Part shown: in pieces, positions 16,942-25,967 of the stretch | Numbering within the stretch: position 1 is the first letter of the stretch | How the letters are laid out: each line of letters begins with the position of its first letter | Assembly (NCBI GenBank): GCA_963850335.1 | Contig: CAWKKY010000008.1 | Location: 28,077 to 92,076, forward strand | DNA: 64,000 nucleotides | Source of the DNA: an uncultured Solirubrobacterales bacterium | GTDB taxonomy: Bacteria; Actinomycetota; Thermoleophilia; Solirubrobacterales; Solirubrobacteraceae | Direction: 5' to 3' | The notes under the pieces: model-generated | Told to the model about the DNA's origin: nothing | Seen by the model: only the letters and a program-made list of their open reading frames with translations | The model's database searches: none | Translations under genes and position numbers: made by a program

Positions 16942-17845
16942 CGGCCGCTTGGCCCAGTAGCTCCTCGAACTCCGGCGACTCGAACTCCCACACCGCGCGC
17001 TCCCAGAGGGCCCGCGCCCACTCGACGATCTCCGGATCCTGAGTGGCGCCGACCCGAATCGAGCCCCACAGGCACCACCCGTACTTCGACATCAGTGACC
17101 ACAGGCGGGCGCGAGCGAGTTCTCGAGGGCGAGGTTCACCGTGGTATTCGGTGACGAGCTGGGCCGCCCTCTCCGGGCTGAGCTCGAGCTCGTTGATCGC
17201 GTCGCCGAGGTCGTACATCGGGTCGTTGTTGCCCGAGTACTCGTAGTCGACGACCCACAGGTGGCTGCCCGGCCCATCGGACTCAATGAAGTTTCCCGGC
17301 ATCAGGTCGTTGTGGCACGGTGCGGTGCGCTCGCGCGTGGTGGTGAGCAGCTCGCCGACGGTCCGGGCCCGGTCGGCGTACACGGCGTAGTCGCCCGGCA
17401 GCGGGTATCCGTTGTCGGCCACGATCTGGAGGTACCGCGCCTGGACGTCGATCATGTTGAAGTCCCGTGCGAACGGCTTCGCGGTGTGGAGCTGGCGCAG
17501 CGCGATGGCGAGCGCCGAGACCCGGGCGGACACGGCGAAGTCGGCGGGGCTCATGGTCACGCCCTCGACGAAGCGCACGACGAGCGCTTCCGGGTCGCGC
17601 ACGCGCGCGAGCACCGGGACGCCGACGCCGACCTCGGCGGCGAGCAGGGAGTTGTGGTGCTCGTTGTCGCGGTCGATGCCGAGCTCGCCGGCCTGGGCCG
17701 CGCTGATCCGGACGACGTAGTCCCCATCTGGGGTCGACACCCGGAAGTTGTGGTTCGTCATCCCACCCTCCAGCGGGGTGGCGGTCACTCCGCTGCCGGC
17801 GAGTTCCGGGACCTGCTCGAGTACGCGGGCGAGTTCAGCGTCCAT
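16937..17845 (-). CDS. Choline/ethanolamine kinase-like phosphotransferase
   Basis: ATG 17845. GGMTNHNF, PCHNDLMPGNF (Brenner motif), VVDYEYSGNNDPMYDLG. Confidence 0.9.
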   Translation of the reverse strand: MDAELARVLEQVPELAGSGVTATPLEGGMTNHNFRVSTPDGDYVVRISAAQAGELGIDRDNEHHNSLLAAEVGVGVPVLARVRDPEALVVRFVEGVTMSPADFAVSARVSALAIALRQLHTAKPFARDFNMIDVQARYLQIVADNGYPLPGDYAVYADRARTVGELLTTTRERTAPCHNDLMPGNFIESDGPGSHLWVVDYEYSGNNDPMYDLGDAINELELSPERAAQLVTEYHGEPRPRELARARLWSLMSKYGWCLWGSIRVGATQDPEIVEWARALWERAVWEFESPEFEELLGQAAG

Positions 17846-18557
17846 CAGCGCTCCGTCCTTTCCGACCCAACGCCAGCATCTGCTCGAGTGCGGCGACGTC
17901 GAGTCGCTCGATAATGAGGTCGGCGAGCTGCGATGCCGGGTCGTAGCCGAGACCGCGGATCGCGGCGACGTGCATCCCGGCGGCTCGAGCTGCCTCGGCG
18001 CCCTCGGTTGCGTCCTCGACCGCGACGACCTCGTGCGCCGCGATCGGCGCCTCGGGTGCGACGAGGGCGTTGATCTGCTCAAGCGCCCGGGTGAACCCCT
18101 CGGGGTGGGGCTTGCCGTGGCGGACATCGTCGATCGCCACGACCGTGTCGAAGTGCGTGTCGATGTCGGCCGCGCGGAGCACGTGCTCGATCTCCTCGCG
18201 GAACGCGCCGGAGGCGACTCCGAGCCGGATCCCGCCGGCGGCGGCCGCGCGGACGAAGCCACGGGCGTGCTCGGCGACCGGAGGATCCTCCGCGACGGCG
18301 TCCAGGTACCCCTGACGACGGGCGGCGACGAGCGCGTCGCGCTCTACGGCGTCGACCGGGCGCCCGGCACGCCGGATCGCCTCGCTGAACGCGAGGTGGT
18401 CCGGCATCGCCGCGAACTCACGGTGGTACTGCTCAACGGTCAGCTCCGCACCGGCAGCGGCGAAGCCCCGCACGTACAGCGGGGCGACGAGATGATCATC
18501 CTGCGCGAGCGTCCCGTTGAAGTCGAGCACGATCGCCCGGACGGCGCTGTCAGCCAC
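17835..18557 (-). CDS. HAD family phosphatase (beta-PGM/CbbY-like)
   Basis: GTG 18557. Motif I reads DFNGT; ASG; GKPHPE; VAVEDATEGAEAARAAGM. Confidence 0.85.
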   Translation of the reverse strand: MADSAVRAIVLDFNGTLAQDDHLVAPLYVRGFAAAGAELTVEQYHREFAAMPDHLAFSEAIRRAGRPVDAVERDALVAARRQGYLDAVAEDPPVAEHARGFVRAAAAGGIRLGVASGAFREEIEHVLRAADIDTHFDTVVAIDDVRHGKPHPEGFTRALEQINALVAPEAPIAAHEVVAVEDATEGAEAARAAGMHVAAIRGLGYDPASQLADLIIERLDVAALEQMLALGRKGRSADGR

Positions 18558-20974
18558 GGGTGCGCTCCCCCTGGGGGTCGTACAGCGCGTCCGGCTCGAC
18601 CCGTGCGGGCACGAGATCGCCGAACCACTCGACTTCGACGCCGGCGCCGGTCTCGAGCCCGGCGGGAAGCTTGGCCAGCGCGACCATCTGCCCGACCGTA
18701 TAGCCATACGCGCAGCTCGTGAGGCGCCCGATCACCTCGGTGCCGGCACGGACCGCCTCGCCGCCGTAGAGGGTGAGCGGTTCGCCGCCGCCGATCGTCA
18801 GCGTCCGGAGCCGGCGCTCCGGACGCTGGGCGGCGTCGGTCGCGAGTGCTGCCCGGCCGATGAAGTCCGGCTTGCCGAGGGCGACGCAGAAGCCGAGGCC
18901 GCTTTCGTACGGGGTGTCCGACGCGGTGAGGTCCGTGCCGAAGTACCGGTAGCCCTTCTCGAGGCGCAGCGACTCCAGCGCGCGGTAGCCGACGGCCGCG
19001 ATCCCGTGAGGCCGGCCCGCGGCCATCAGGCGATCCCACACCTGCACCGCCCACGCGTTCGGTGCGTAGAGCTCGTAGCCCAGCTCGCCGACGTAGGTGA
19101 TGCGCTGGGCGAGCACCGGCGCACCCCCGCTCAGCTGGATCGGCGCGGCCCGTCGGAAGGGGAGCGCCGCGTCCGACAGGTCGTCCTCGGTGCAGCTCGC
19201 GAGCACCTCCCGCGCCGCCGGTCCCCAGATCCCGATCACGGCGTACGCGTCGCTGACGTCCTCGATCTCAACCGGCGGGTCGTCGGGTCTCCGCGCGAGC
19301 GTCAGCCAGCCGCGGTCGCCGTCGACGGTCCCGGCTCCGGTGACGACCCGGAAGGTGTCCTCACGCACGCGCGTGACGGTGACGTCCGCGACGATGCCCC
19401 CGCGCTGGTCGCAGAACTGCGTGTAGATGACGCTGCCCACCGGCCGGTCGATTCGGCTGTCACAGACGCGATCGAGCAGGGTCAGCGCTCCGGGACCACG
19501 CACCTCGAGCTTGCCGAACGAGGTCATGTCGAGGATCCCCACACGCTCCCGGATCGCCGTGTGCTCGGCGCGGACCTGCTCGAACCAGGGTGGCGTCATG
19601 AATCCGAAGGCGCGCTGGTCGGCGCCGCTGCGCCGCCACGGTCGGCCAGGCTCGAAATGATCCGGCCGCTCCCAGCCGTTCTTGGTCCCGAACACCGCGC
19701 CGAGTTCCTGGGTGCGCGTGCCGAGCGGGCTCGGACCGCAGCCCGCGGCCCCACTCGTCGGCATCGAACGGGTATCGCAGACGGTAGTAGTAGCGGTAGG
19801 TCTCACGCGCGCAGGCGGTCGCGAACCATGGGTCGCGGTAGGCCTCGCCGAACCGCCACGCGCGATAGGCGGTGACGTCCTCCTGGGCCTCACCTTCGGT
19901 CATCCACTCGGCGAGGGCCCGGCCCATGCCGCCGGCACCCCCGAAGCCGTTGAGCGAGAGGCCGGCGGCGACCCAGAACCCGGGGGTTCCGGGCATCGGC
20001 CCGAGCAGCGGGTTCGCGTCCGGCGTCATCGCGTCCGGGTGGGCGAGCAGTCGGATGACGCCGGAGCGCTCGAGGAACGGGAACCGCTCAATCGCGCCCT
20101 GGAGGAGCGGTGCGAACCGATCCATGTCGGAGGCGACGGGGCGGGCGCCGTGCTCCCACGGGACGCCGTCGGTCCACCGGGCGACCGGGTCGCCCTCGTA
20201 GCCGCCGATCAACATTCCGCCCGCCTCGTCGCGTCCGTAGACGAGGTGATCGGTGTCCCGGAAGCACGGGCTGTGGCGCGGGACCTCTTCGCCGGGGACG
20301 GCCTGCATGAGCACGTGCTGGTGGTCGACGGGCACCGAGGGAAACCAGGCGCCGACCATCGCCGCCACGCGCGGTGCCCATACGCCGGCCGCGTTGACGA
20401 CGTGCTCGGTCTCGATGCGCTCGTCGGCGGTGAGGACCGCTCGGACCTCATGGCGCGGGCCGAGCTCGATCCCCGTGACCGCGGTGCGCAGCATGAACCG
20501 GACACCCGCCTCACGTGCCGCGTCGGCGACGGCGTAGGTCGTGATGTGGGGGTCGACGTGGCCGTCATCGGGCATCCACACCCCGCCGTAGAGGCTCTCC
20601 GGGGAGGCGAACGGGAGTCGCTCGAGCACCTCGGTGGGGTCGATCAGCTCGGCGTCGAGGCCGAGCGCGCGGGCGCGACTGGCCGCTCGCTGAAGGTCGC
20701 GCAGAGAGTCTGGGCTCGAGGCGATGCGGACGCTGCCGACGTCGTTGAACACGCCGAGCTCGCGGTAGACCGAGACGCTGTAGCGCCGAAATCGCATCAT
20801 CGTCGCCGACGGGTTGAACTGCGTGACGAGGCCCGCGGCGTGGTGCGTCGAGCCGCTCGTGAGCTCGCCCTTTTCGATCAGCAGGACGTCGCGCCAGCCG
20901 GCGCGGGCGAGGTGGTACGCGACGTTGCATCCAGCGATGCCGCCGCCGATGACGATGACCTGTGCAGACTCCAT
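18550..20974 (-). pseudogene. GcvT-family FAD oxidoreductase (dimethylglycine/sarcosine dehydrogenase-like) with a 1-nt frameshift at ~19735
   Basis: N-part from ATG 20974 (VIGGGIAG, LTSGSTHHAAG) in ORF 19460..21148. C-part (KNGWERP, DMTSFGKLEV, SLRLEKGY) in ORF 18550..19893. Removing one base gives LRPSPLGT and an ~807-aa protein. Confidence 0.88.
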
Positions 20975-21184
20975 GAGGGCCTTGCCGTGCAGGCTATATT
21001 GGCGACACGCAGGATTTCCATGGCAGCGTGGGAACTGAGGGTCCGAGTGGACCGTCATCGAGATCAGCGGGCAGCGGCACACCGAATTTCTGACCTGGTC
21101 CTTCAAGGACTGCGTGGCCGCGCCGATGCTTTGGGCACACATCTGCACCTAGAGGCCGTCGTCTAGACAGGGAGCCAACCAACC

Positions 21185-22762
21185 TTGCAGCGCACCAACA
21201 AACACCTCGTGCTCGCGGCGATGATCTTCGCCGTCGCGATGATCTTCATTGACCAGACGATCGTTGCGCTTGCGATTCCGCACCTCCAACGTGATTTGCA
21301 TCTCACGCCGACGGGGGCTCAGTGGATCGTCAACGGCTACCTCGTCGCGATCTCCGCGCTGTTCGCGCTCGGGGGCCGGGTGGCCGACGTCTTCGGCCGA
21401 CGCCGCGTCGTGATCATCGGCGTGGCGGCGTTCGCCACGTTCTCGGCGCTCTGCGGTGCCACCCCGACGGGCTCGATCGGCCAGACCTGGATCATCGTGT
21501 TCCGCATCCTCCAGGGTGCCAGCGCGGCGTTCCTGTTCCCGGCCGCGCTTGCCACCGTGGCCGCCACCTACGAGGTCAGCGAACGCGGCAAGGCGCTCGC
21601 GATCTTCTTCTCGATCTCCGGCGGCCTCACGTCCATCGGACCGATCGCCGGCGGCTACCTGACGCAGTGGACCTGGCGCTCGATCTTCTGGATCAACGTG
21701 CCCGTGGCGATCATCGCCATCATCCTGACGGTCATCTCCAAGCCGAGCGAGGAGAAGCACCCGGGGCCGCTCGACATGCGCGGCGCGGTGCTCGTCAGTT
21801 CCGGCATGGGCTTTGCCATCGTCGGTCTCCAGCAGGCGGGCGTGTGGGGCTGGGGCAGCGTCGGGACCTGGGGCTGCCTGATCGTCGGGTTGGCTCTGCT
21901 TGCCGCGTTCATCCGCTTCGAACTTCGGACGCACGATCCACTCGTGCCGATGCGCCTGTTCGCCAACAAGGCGTTCGCCGTCGATAACGCCGTCCTGTTC
22001 CTGCTCTCGATCTGCTTCGTCCCGCTGTTCTTCTTCGCGAGCTTGTACGCGCAGGTGTCGCTCGGCGAGAGCGCGGAGAACGCCGGCCTGCTGCTGCTCG
22101 TGTTCTTCGGCGGGTTCACGGTCGGGGCCCAGTGGGGCGGCCGGGTCCTGGACAGCCGCGGAGCGCGACCGACGGTCGTGCTCGGGTGTGCGTTGGCGGC
22201 GGTCGGCTTCTACCTGTGGGGCTCAAAGCTCGACGCGTTGTCGTTCGGCAAGCAGTGGCCGTTCCTGGCGATCGCCGGCGCCGGGGTCGGGTGTGTGCTC
22301 GGCCCGGTCAGCACCGACGCGCTGAACCGCGCGTCACGCGCGGCGTATGGCGCGGTGACCGGGATCACCCAGACGGTGCGCAACTTCGGGGGCAGTCTCG
22401 GACTGGCCATCCTCGGGTCGATCCTCATCACCGAGACGACCTCACGCGTCGTCACCACACTCGGCCACTTCGGCGTGCCGAGCGCTGCGGCGACGCGCAT
22501 TGCGCACGCGATCTCAGGCGCGGCGGGTGCAAGCGGGGCCGGCGGCAACGGGAAGGCGAACCACCAGGTCACCCATGCGCTCCAGCTGGACTTCGCCGAG
22601 GCGACGAGAATCGTCGTCTACGGCATGGCCGGGGCGATGGCGATCGCGTTCATCGTGTCGCTCATCGCGATGCCCGCCGGCAAGGCCGAGGAGCCAGTCG
22701 GCGAGGTGGAGGCTCCAGCCGCCGCCGAGTCGGCCGCTCAGGCGGGGGGCGTCGTCGCCTGA
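21185..22762 (+). CDS. MFS transporter (DHA2/EmrB-QacA-like)
   Basis: TTG start. GRVADVFGRRR, 14-TM pattern. Confidence 0.93.
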   Translation: MQRTNKHLVLAAMIFAVAMIFIDQTIVALAIPHLQRDLHLTPTGAQWIVNGYLVAISALFALGGRVADVFGRRRVVIIGVAAFATFSALCGATPTGSIGQTWIIVFRILQGASAAFLFPAALATVAATYEVSERGKALAIFFSISGGLTSIGPIAGGYLTQWTWRSIFWINVPVAIIAIILTVISKPSEEKHPGPLDMRGAVLVSSGMGFAIVGLQQAGVWGWGSVGTWGCLIVGLALLAAFIRFELRTHDPLVPMRLFANKAFAVDNAVLFLLSICFVPLFFFASLYAQVSLGESAENAGLLLLVFFGGFTVGAQWGGRVLDSRGARPTVVLGCALAAVGFYLWGSKLDALSFGKQWPFLAIAGAGVGCVLGPVSTDALNRASRAAYGAVTGITQTVRNFGGSLGLAILGSILITETTSRVVTTLGHFGVPSAAATRIAHAISGAAGASGAGGNGKANHQVTHALQLDFAEATRIVVYGMAGAMAIAFIVSLIAMPAGKAEEPVGEVEAPAAAESAAQAGGVVA

Positions 22763-22850
22763 CGCGCGATCCTGGCGCTCTGTGACGTGCGCCACACGCG
22801 TTTGCAGGGAGTCTCAAAACGTCCGCTGGCGTCGTCACGATGCCCGGCTC

Positions 22851-24470
22851 ATGTCCGCCCGTCCACGATCGACCTCCGCCGGTTTGCGGAGCTGGCAGAC
22901 CCGCGCACTGGCCGAGATGGCGAGGTGGGAGCAGGGCCCTTTTCTGGTCTCCGCGGCACCGGGCGCGGGCAAGACCCGTCCGGCGCTTGAGCTGGCACGG
23001 CGGGAGCTCGCTGAGAAGCGGGCCAACTCGGTGGTGATCGCGTGTCCGACGGCGCCGCTGACGCGTCAGTGGGCTCGGGCCGCGAGCGCGCTCGGGCTCG
23101 AGCTGGCGCCTGATTCCGATACGCCTCGGCCGCCGCGCGGCTTCCATGGGGTCGCCGTCACCTACGCGCGGATCGCCAAGTCGCCGGTGCGCTGGGCCAA
23201 GGCGGCGAGCTCCGGAACCTTGGTGGTCGCCGACGAGGCCCATCATCTCGGGGAGGAACTTGCCTGGGGCGAGGGCTTCTCGAAGGCGTTCCGCGCGTCG
23301 GCGCGCTGGCTGCTCCTCTCCGGGACGCCGTTTCGCTCCGACGCGACTCCGATCCCCGGCGTCCGCTACGACCGCGACGGACTCGCCGAGCCCGACGTCT
23401 CATACACGTATGCCGAGGCCGTCAAGGATGGGATCTGTCGGCCGGTGTGTTTCGTCGCCTACGACGGAACGCTGTCGTGGCGCAGCGGCGATGATGTCAT
23501 CGAGTCCAGCTTCGAGACGGTGCTCACGGCCCGGGAGGCGAGTCGCCGGTACCGGACCGCGATCTCGACCGAGCTCCCGGACGGCCTGCCGCGGATCCTG
23601 CGCGAGGCGCACACCAAGCTCAAGGACATCCGTGCCGGCGGCCATGGCGACGCGGGCGGTCTGGTGATCGCCGCCGACTCCAATCACGCTCGCCGGATCG
23701 CTGCGCTGCTGCGCGAGGCCACGGGGCGCTCCCCGGTCGTCGTGCTCCATCAGGAGGCGCGGGCGGCGGCGAAGCTCGCGGCGTTCACCGACTCGCGAGA
23801 TCCGTGGATCGTCGCCGTCAACATGGTCTCCGAGGGCGTCGACATCCCCCGGCTGCGCGTCGGCGTATACGCGACCGCGGCCAAGACGCCCCTCGTCTTC
23901 CGTCAGATCGTCGGCCGGTTCGTGCGGACGTTGCCGGGGCGTCCGGTCGAGCCGAGTTGGCTGTACATCCCCGCCGACCCGATCCTCCGCGACCACGCGG
24001 CGTCGGTCGAGACCGAACTGCGGCACGTGCTCAAGGCCGCCACGGTCGATGAGGGCTTTGACGACGCGCTCGAGCGCGCGCAGCGGACGGAGACCGAGCC
24101 GGGCGAAGCGCTGGCGTTCGTGCCCTTGAGCGCCGATGTCGCGCCGCAGATGACGCTGTTCGGCTCGCCGGGCGGAGCGGCGACTGCCCCGGCCCCGGTC
24201 CACCCGGCGCTCGTCACGCCCTCGGTTCCGCTCCCCGGCGAGGACGATCTGCCCCGCCGGGACGTGCCGGCCTTCGAGCGGCGGGCGTTGCTGCGCAGTG
24301 AGCGCCACCGGCTCGTATCCGAGGTGCGCCGGCGCGACGGAACGAGCCACCGTGAGATCAACGCCTGGCTCAACCGGCGGCTCGGGATCGCCAGCGTCGA
24401 CAAGGCGACGCTGGACGACCTCGAGCGGTCGATCGAGTTGCTCGAGCGCAAGCTGAGCGCCCGGCGTTAG
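22851..24470 (+). CDS. SF2 DEAD/DEAH-box helicase (actinobacterial Rv2917-like type)
   Basis: APGAGKT, DEAH, SGTP, VSEGVDIPRL, FRQIVGRFVR. Start placed at ATG 22851. Confidence 0.9.
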   Translation: MSARPRSTSAGLRSWQTRALAEMARWEQGPFLVSAAPGAGKTRPALELARRELAEKRANSVVIACPTAPLTRQWARAASALGLELAPDSDTPRPPRGFHGVAVTYARIAKSPVRWAKAASSGTLVVADEAHHLGEELAWGEGFSKAFRASARWLLLSGTPFRSDATPIPGVRYDRDGLAEPDVSYTYAEAVKDGICRPVCFVAYDGTLSWRSGDDVIESSFETVLTAREASRRYRTAISTELPDGLPRILREAHTKLKDIRAGGHGDAGGLVIAADSNHARRIAALLREATGRSPVVVLHQEARAAAKLAAFTDSRDPWIVAVNMVSEGVDIPRLRVGVYATAAKTPLVFRQIVGRFVRTLPGRPVEPSWLYIPADPILRDHAASVETELRHVLKAATVDEGFDDALERAQRTETEPGEALAFVPLSADVAPQMTLFGSPGGAATAPAPVHPALVTPSVPLPGEDDLPRRDVPAFERRALLRSERHRLVSEVRRRDGTSHREINAWLNRRLGIASVDKATLDDLERSIELLERKLSARR

Positions 24471-24485
24471 GCAGCGCTCAGAGGT

Positions 24486-25265
24486 CTACGAGCTGCGTGA
24501 GCCCGAGCGGACCCGGGAGGTTGTGCCCGCCCGGCTGCCATTGGTCGCGCTCGCGCCGTTGCGAGACGAGCTCGTCCGCGTCGACCGAGCGCTCGTCTTG
24601 CGGGCGGCGGACTTCTTGGCGCTGGTCTTCCGAGCGGTCGTCTTCTGGGCGCTCGTCGATCGGGCGCTGCTCGTCTTGCGTGAGCTGCTGCGCCGGGTCG
24701 TGGTCGCGCGTTGGTCACGCGGGATCTCGCTCCGGACGACGTCCTTGACGAGCCGCACGAGCTCGGCGTCCAGGAACTTGGCCATGCGCTCCTCGTCGCG
24801 CCGGATGCTGCGAGCGAGCTGTGCGGTCTCCTTGTCACCGACCTCGCTGGCGAGCGTCTCGATCCGGGTGTAGATCGCGATCTCGACGTGCTCCTCGCGG
24901 AGTTCCTCCTGGGCGTTGCGCAGGTGCGTCTCAGCCTGCTCGGTGAGGAGCGCGCGCGCCGTGCCCACCTGACCCTTGACCGCGGCGACGGCCTTGCCCG
25001 CGGCCTCGCCGACCGCGGTCGGGACCGCCGGGATGTTCGGCGCCGTCGTCGGCGTGCCACCGAGCTTCTTGATGCGTGAGCTGACGCGGCGCTTGTGATC
25101 GCGCGTCTCGCTCAGATGCTGGCGCAACCGCTTCTTGTAGGACTGCTTCTCGGTGAGCGCGATGTGTGCCTTGAGGTCGATTTCGAGTTCGGACTCCTTG
25201 GCGTACGCCTCGCCGAGCCACTGCGTGAGCTTGGTGTCACGTTCGTTGATGATCTTCTCGGCCAT
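24486..25265 (-). CDS. DUF892 ferritin-like protein with basic histone-like C-terminal tail
   Basis: WLGEAYAKE...HLSETRDH...EEHVEIAIY...DEERM di-iron-type helices. Tail RKTSSARSTSAQKTTARKTSAKKSAARKTSAR. Confidence 0.8.
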   Translation of the reverse strand: MAEKIINERDTKLTQWLGEAYAKESELEIDLKAHIALTEKQSYKKRLRQHLSETRDHKRRVSSRIKKLGGTPTTAPNIPAVPTAVGEAAGKAVAAVKGQVGTARALLTEQAETHLRNAQEELREEHVEIAIYTRIETLASEVGDKETAQLARSIRRDEERMAKFLDAELVRLVKDVVRSEIPRDQRATTTRRSSSRKTSSARSTSAQKTTARKTSAKKSAARKTSARSTRTSSSRNGASATNGSRAGTTSRVRSGSRSS

Positions 25266-25284
25266 TTTCGGTCTTGCTCCTTGG

Positions 25285-25866
25285 TCAGTTTGATTGGTCG
25301 GAACGCGCGTCGGCGCTCTGTTTGCGCAGCTCGCGCGTCACGGCGCTCAGCACAGTCTCGCGCTGCTTGTGTGTGCTCTCGTAAAGCTGGATCGCGGCGA
25401 GCTCGGCCGGTCCGGCACGCGCCAGTTGGTCGATGACGTCCCTCGCGCCCAGGAGCGCAAAGCCCTTCCACGGCTCGTCGATGGTCACCGACGCTCCCGC
25501 GCCGTCCTCAGCGCCGGGCTCGGCGACCTCCGCGACGAGCTCTGCGTCCTCGGAGACGTGCACGGGCTCAGGCTCCGGTTCAGTCGCGGGCGCGGGCGCC
25601 GGACCGCGCGCAGGCGCGGCGGCCGGGGTGGCGGTCGGCTCGGGTACCGGCGACGGCGACGGCGGTGGCGGTGGCGGCTCCGCGACGACGGCCTCAGCGC
25701 TCCGCGAGGGCGCGTATGCCGGAGGGTCGTCGTGTCCCGTGACGGACTGCAGCGTGTCGCCCGCCACCGTCATCACGCGGGCAGCGGCGGTCAAGGTCGT
25801 GTGCAGCGCGGACAGCGTCACACGGACGCCGACGCGCACAGGTAGTGTCATGAGTTCGCCCACCAT
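25285..25866 (-). CDS. Hypothetical protein: amphipathic N-helix, Pro/Ala linker, C-terminal helical domain (lipid-droplet-associated Rv1109c-like)
   Basis: C-terminal PWKGFALLGARDVIDQL...ELAAIQLYESTHKQRETVL resembles a recurrent actinobacterial module (from memory). Confidence 0.5.
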   Translation of the reverse strand: MVGELMTLPVRVGVRVTLSALHTTLTAAARVMTVAGDTLQSVTGHDDPPAYAPSRSAEAVVAEPPPPPPSPSPVPEPTATPAAAPARGPAPAPATEPEPEPVHVSEDAELVAEVAEPGAEDGAGASVTIDEPWKGFALLGARDVIDQLARAGPAELAAIQLYESTHKQRETVLSAVTRELRKQSADARSDQSN

Positions 25867-25967
25867 GGGGTCTGTACTACCCCGGCGGTGACAAACAAAC
25901 CAGCCTGGCGGAGGGCGAGAGTCTAATTCTCTACTTATGGGTAAGACGGGTCGCGAGGTGAGGCACA

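Noticed and set aside
13344-17102. Long ORFs 13344..14795 (+) and 14760..17102 (-)
   Set aside because: Antisense to the MFS, MarR and cNMP-reductase genes, which carry the recognisable motifs.
19682-21166. 494-aa plus-strand ORF
   Set aside because: Shadow of the GcvT-family gene. Its tail in 21020-21166 and a neighbouring short frame have no convincing start or motif.
22851-24470. Helicase as part of an anti-phage or restriction system
   Set aside because: No nuclease, methylase or other defence gene is adjacent, and it matches a widespread stand-alone actinobacterial helicase type.
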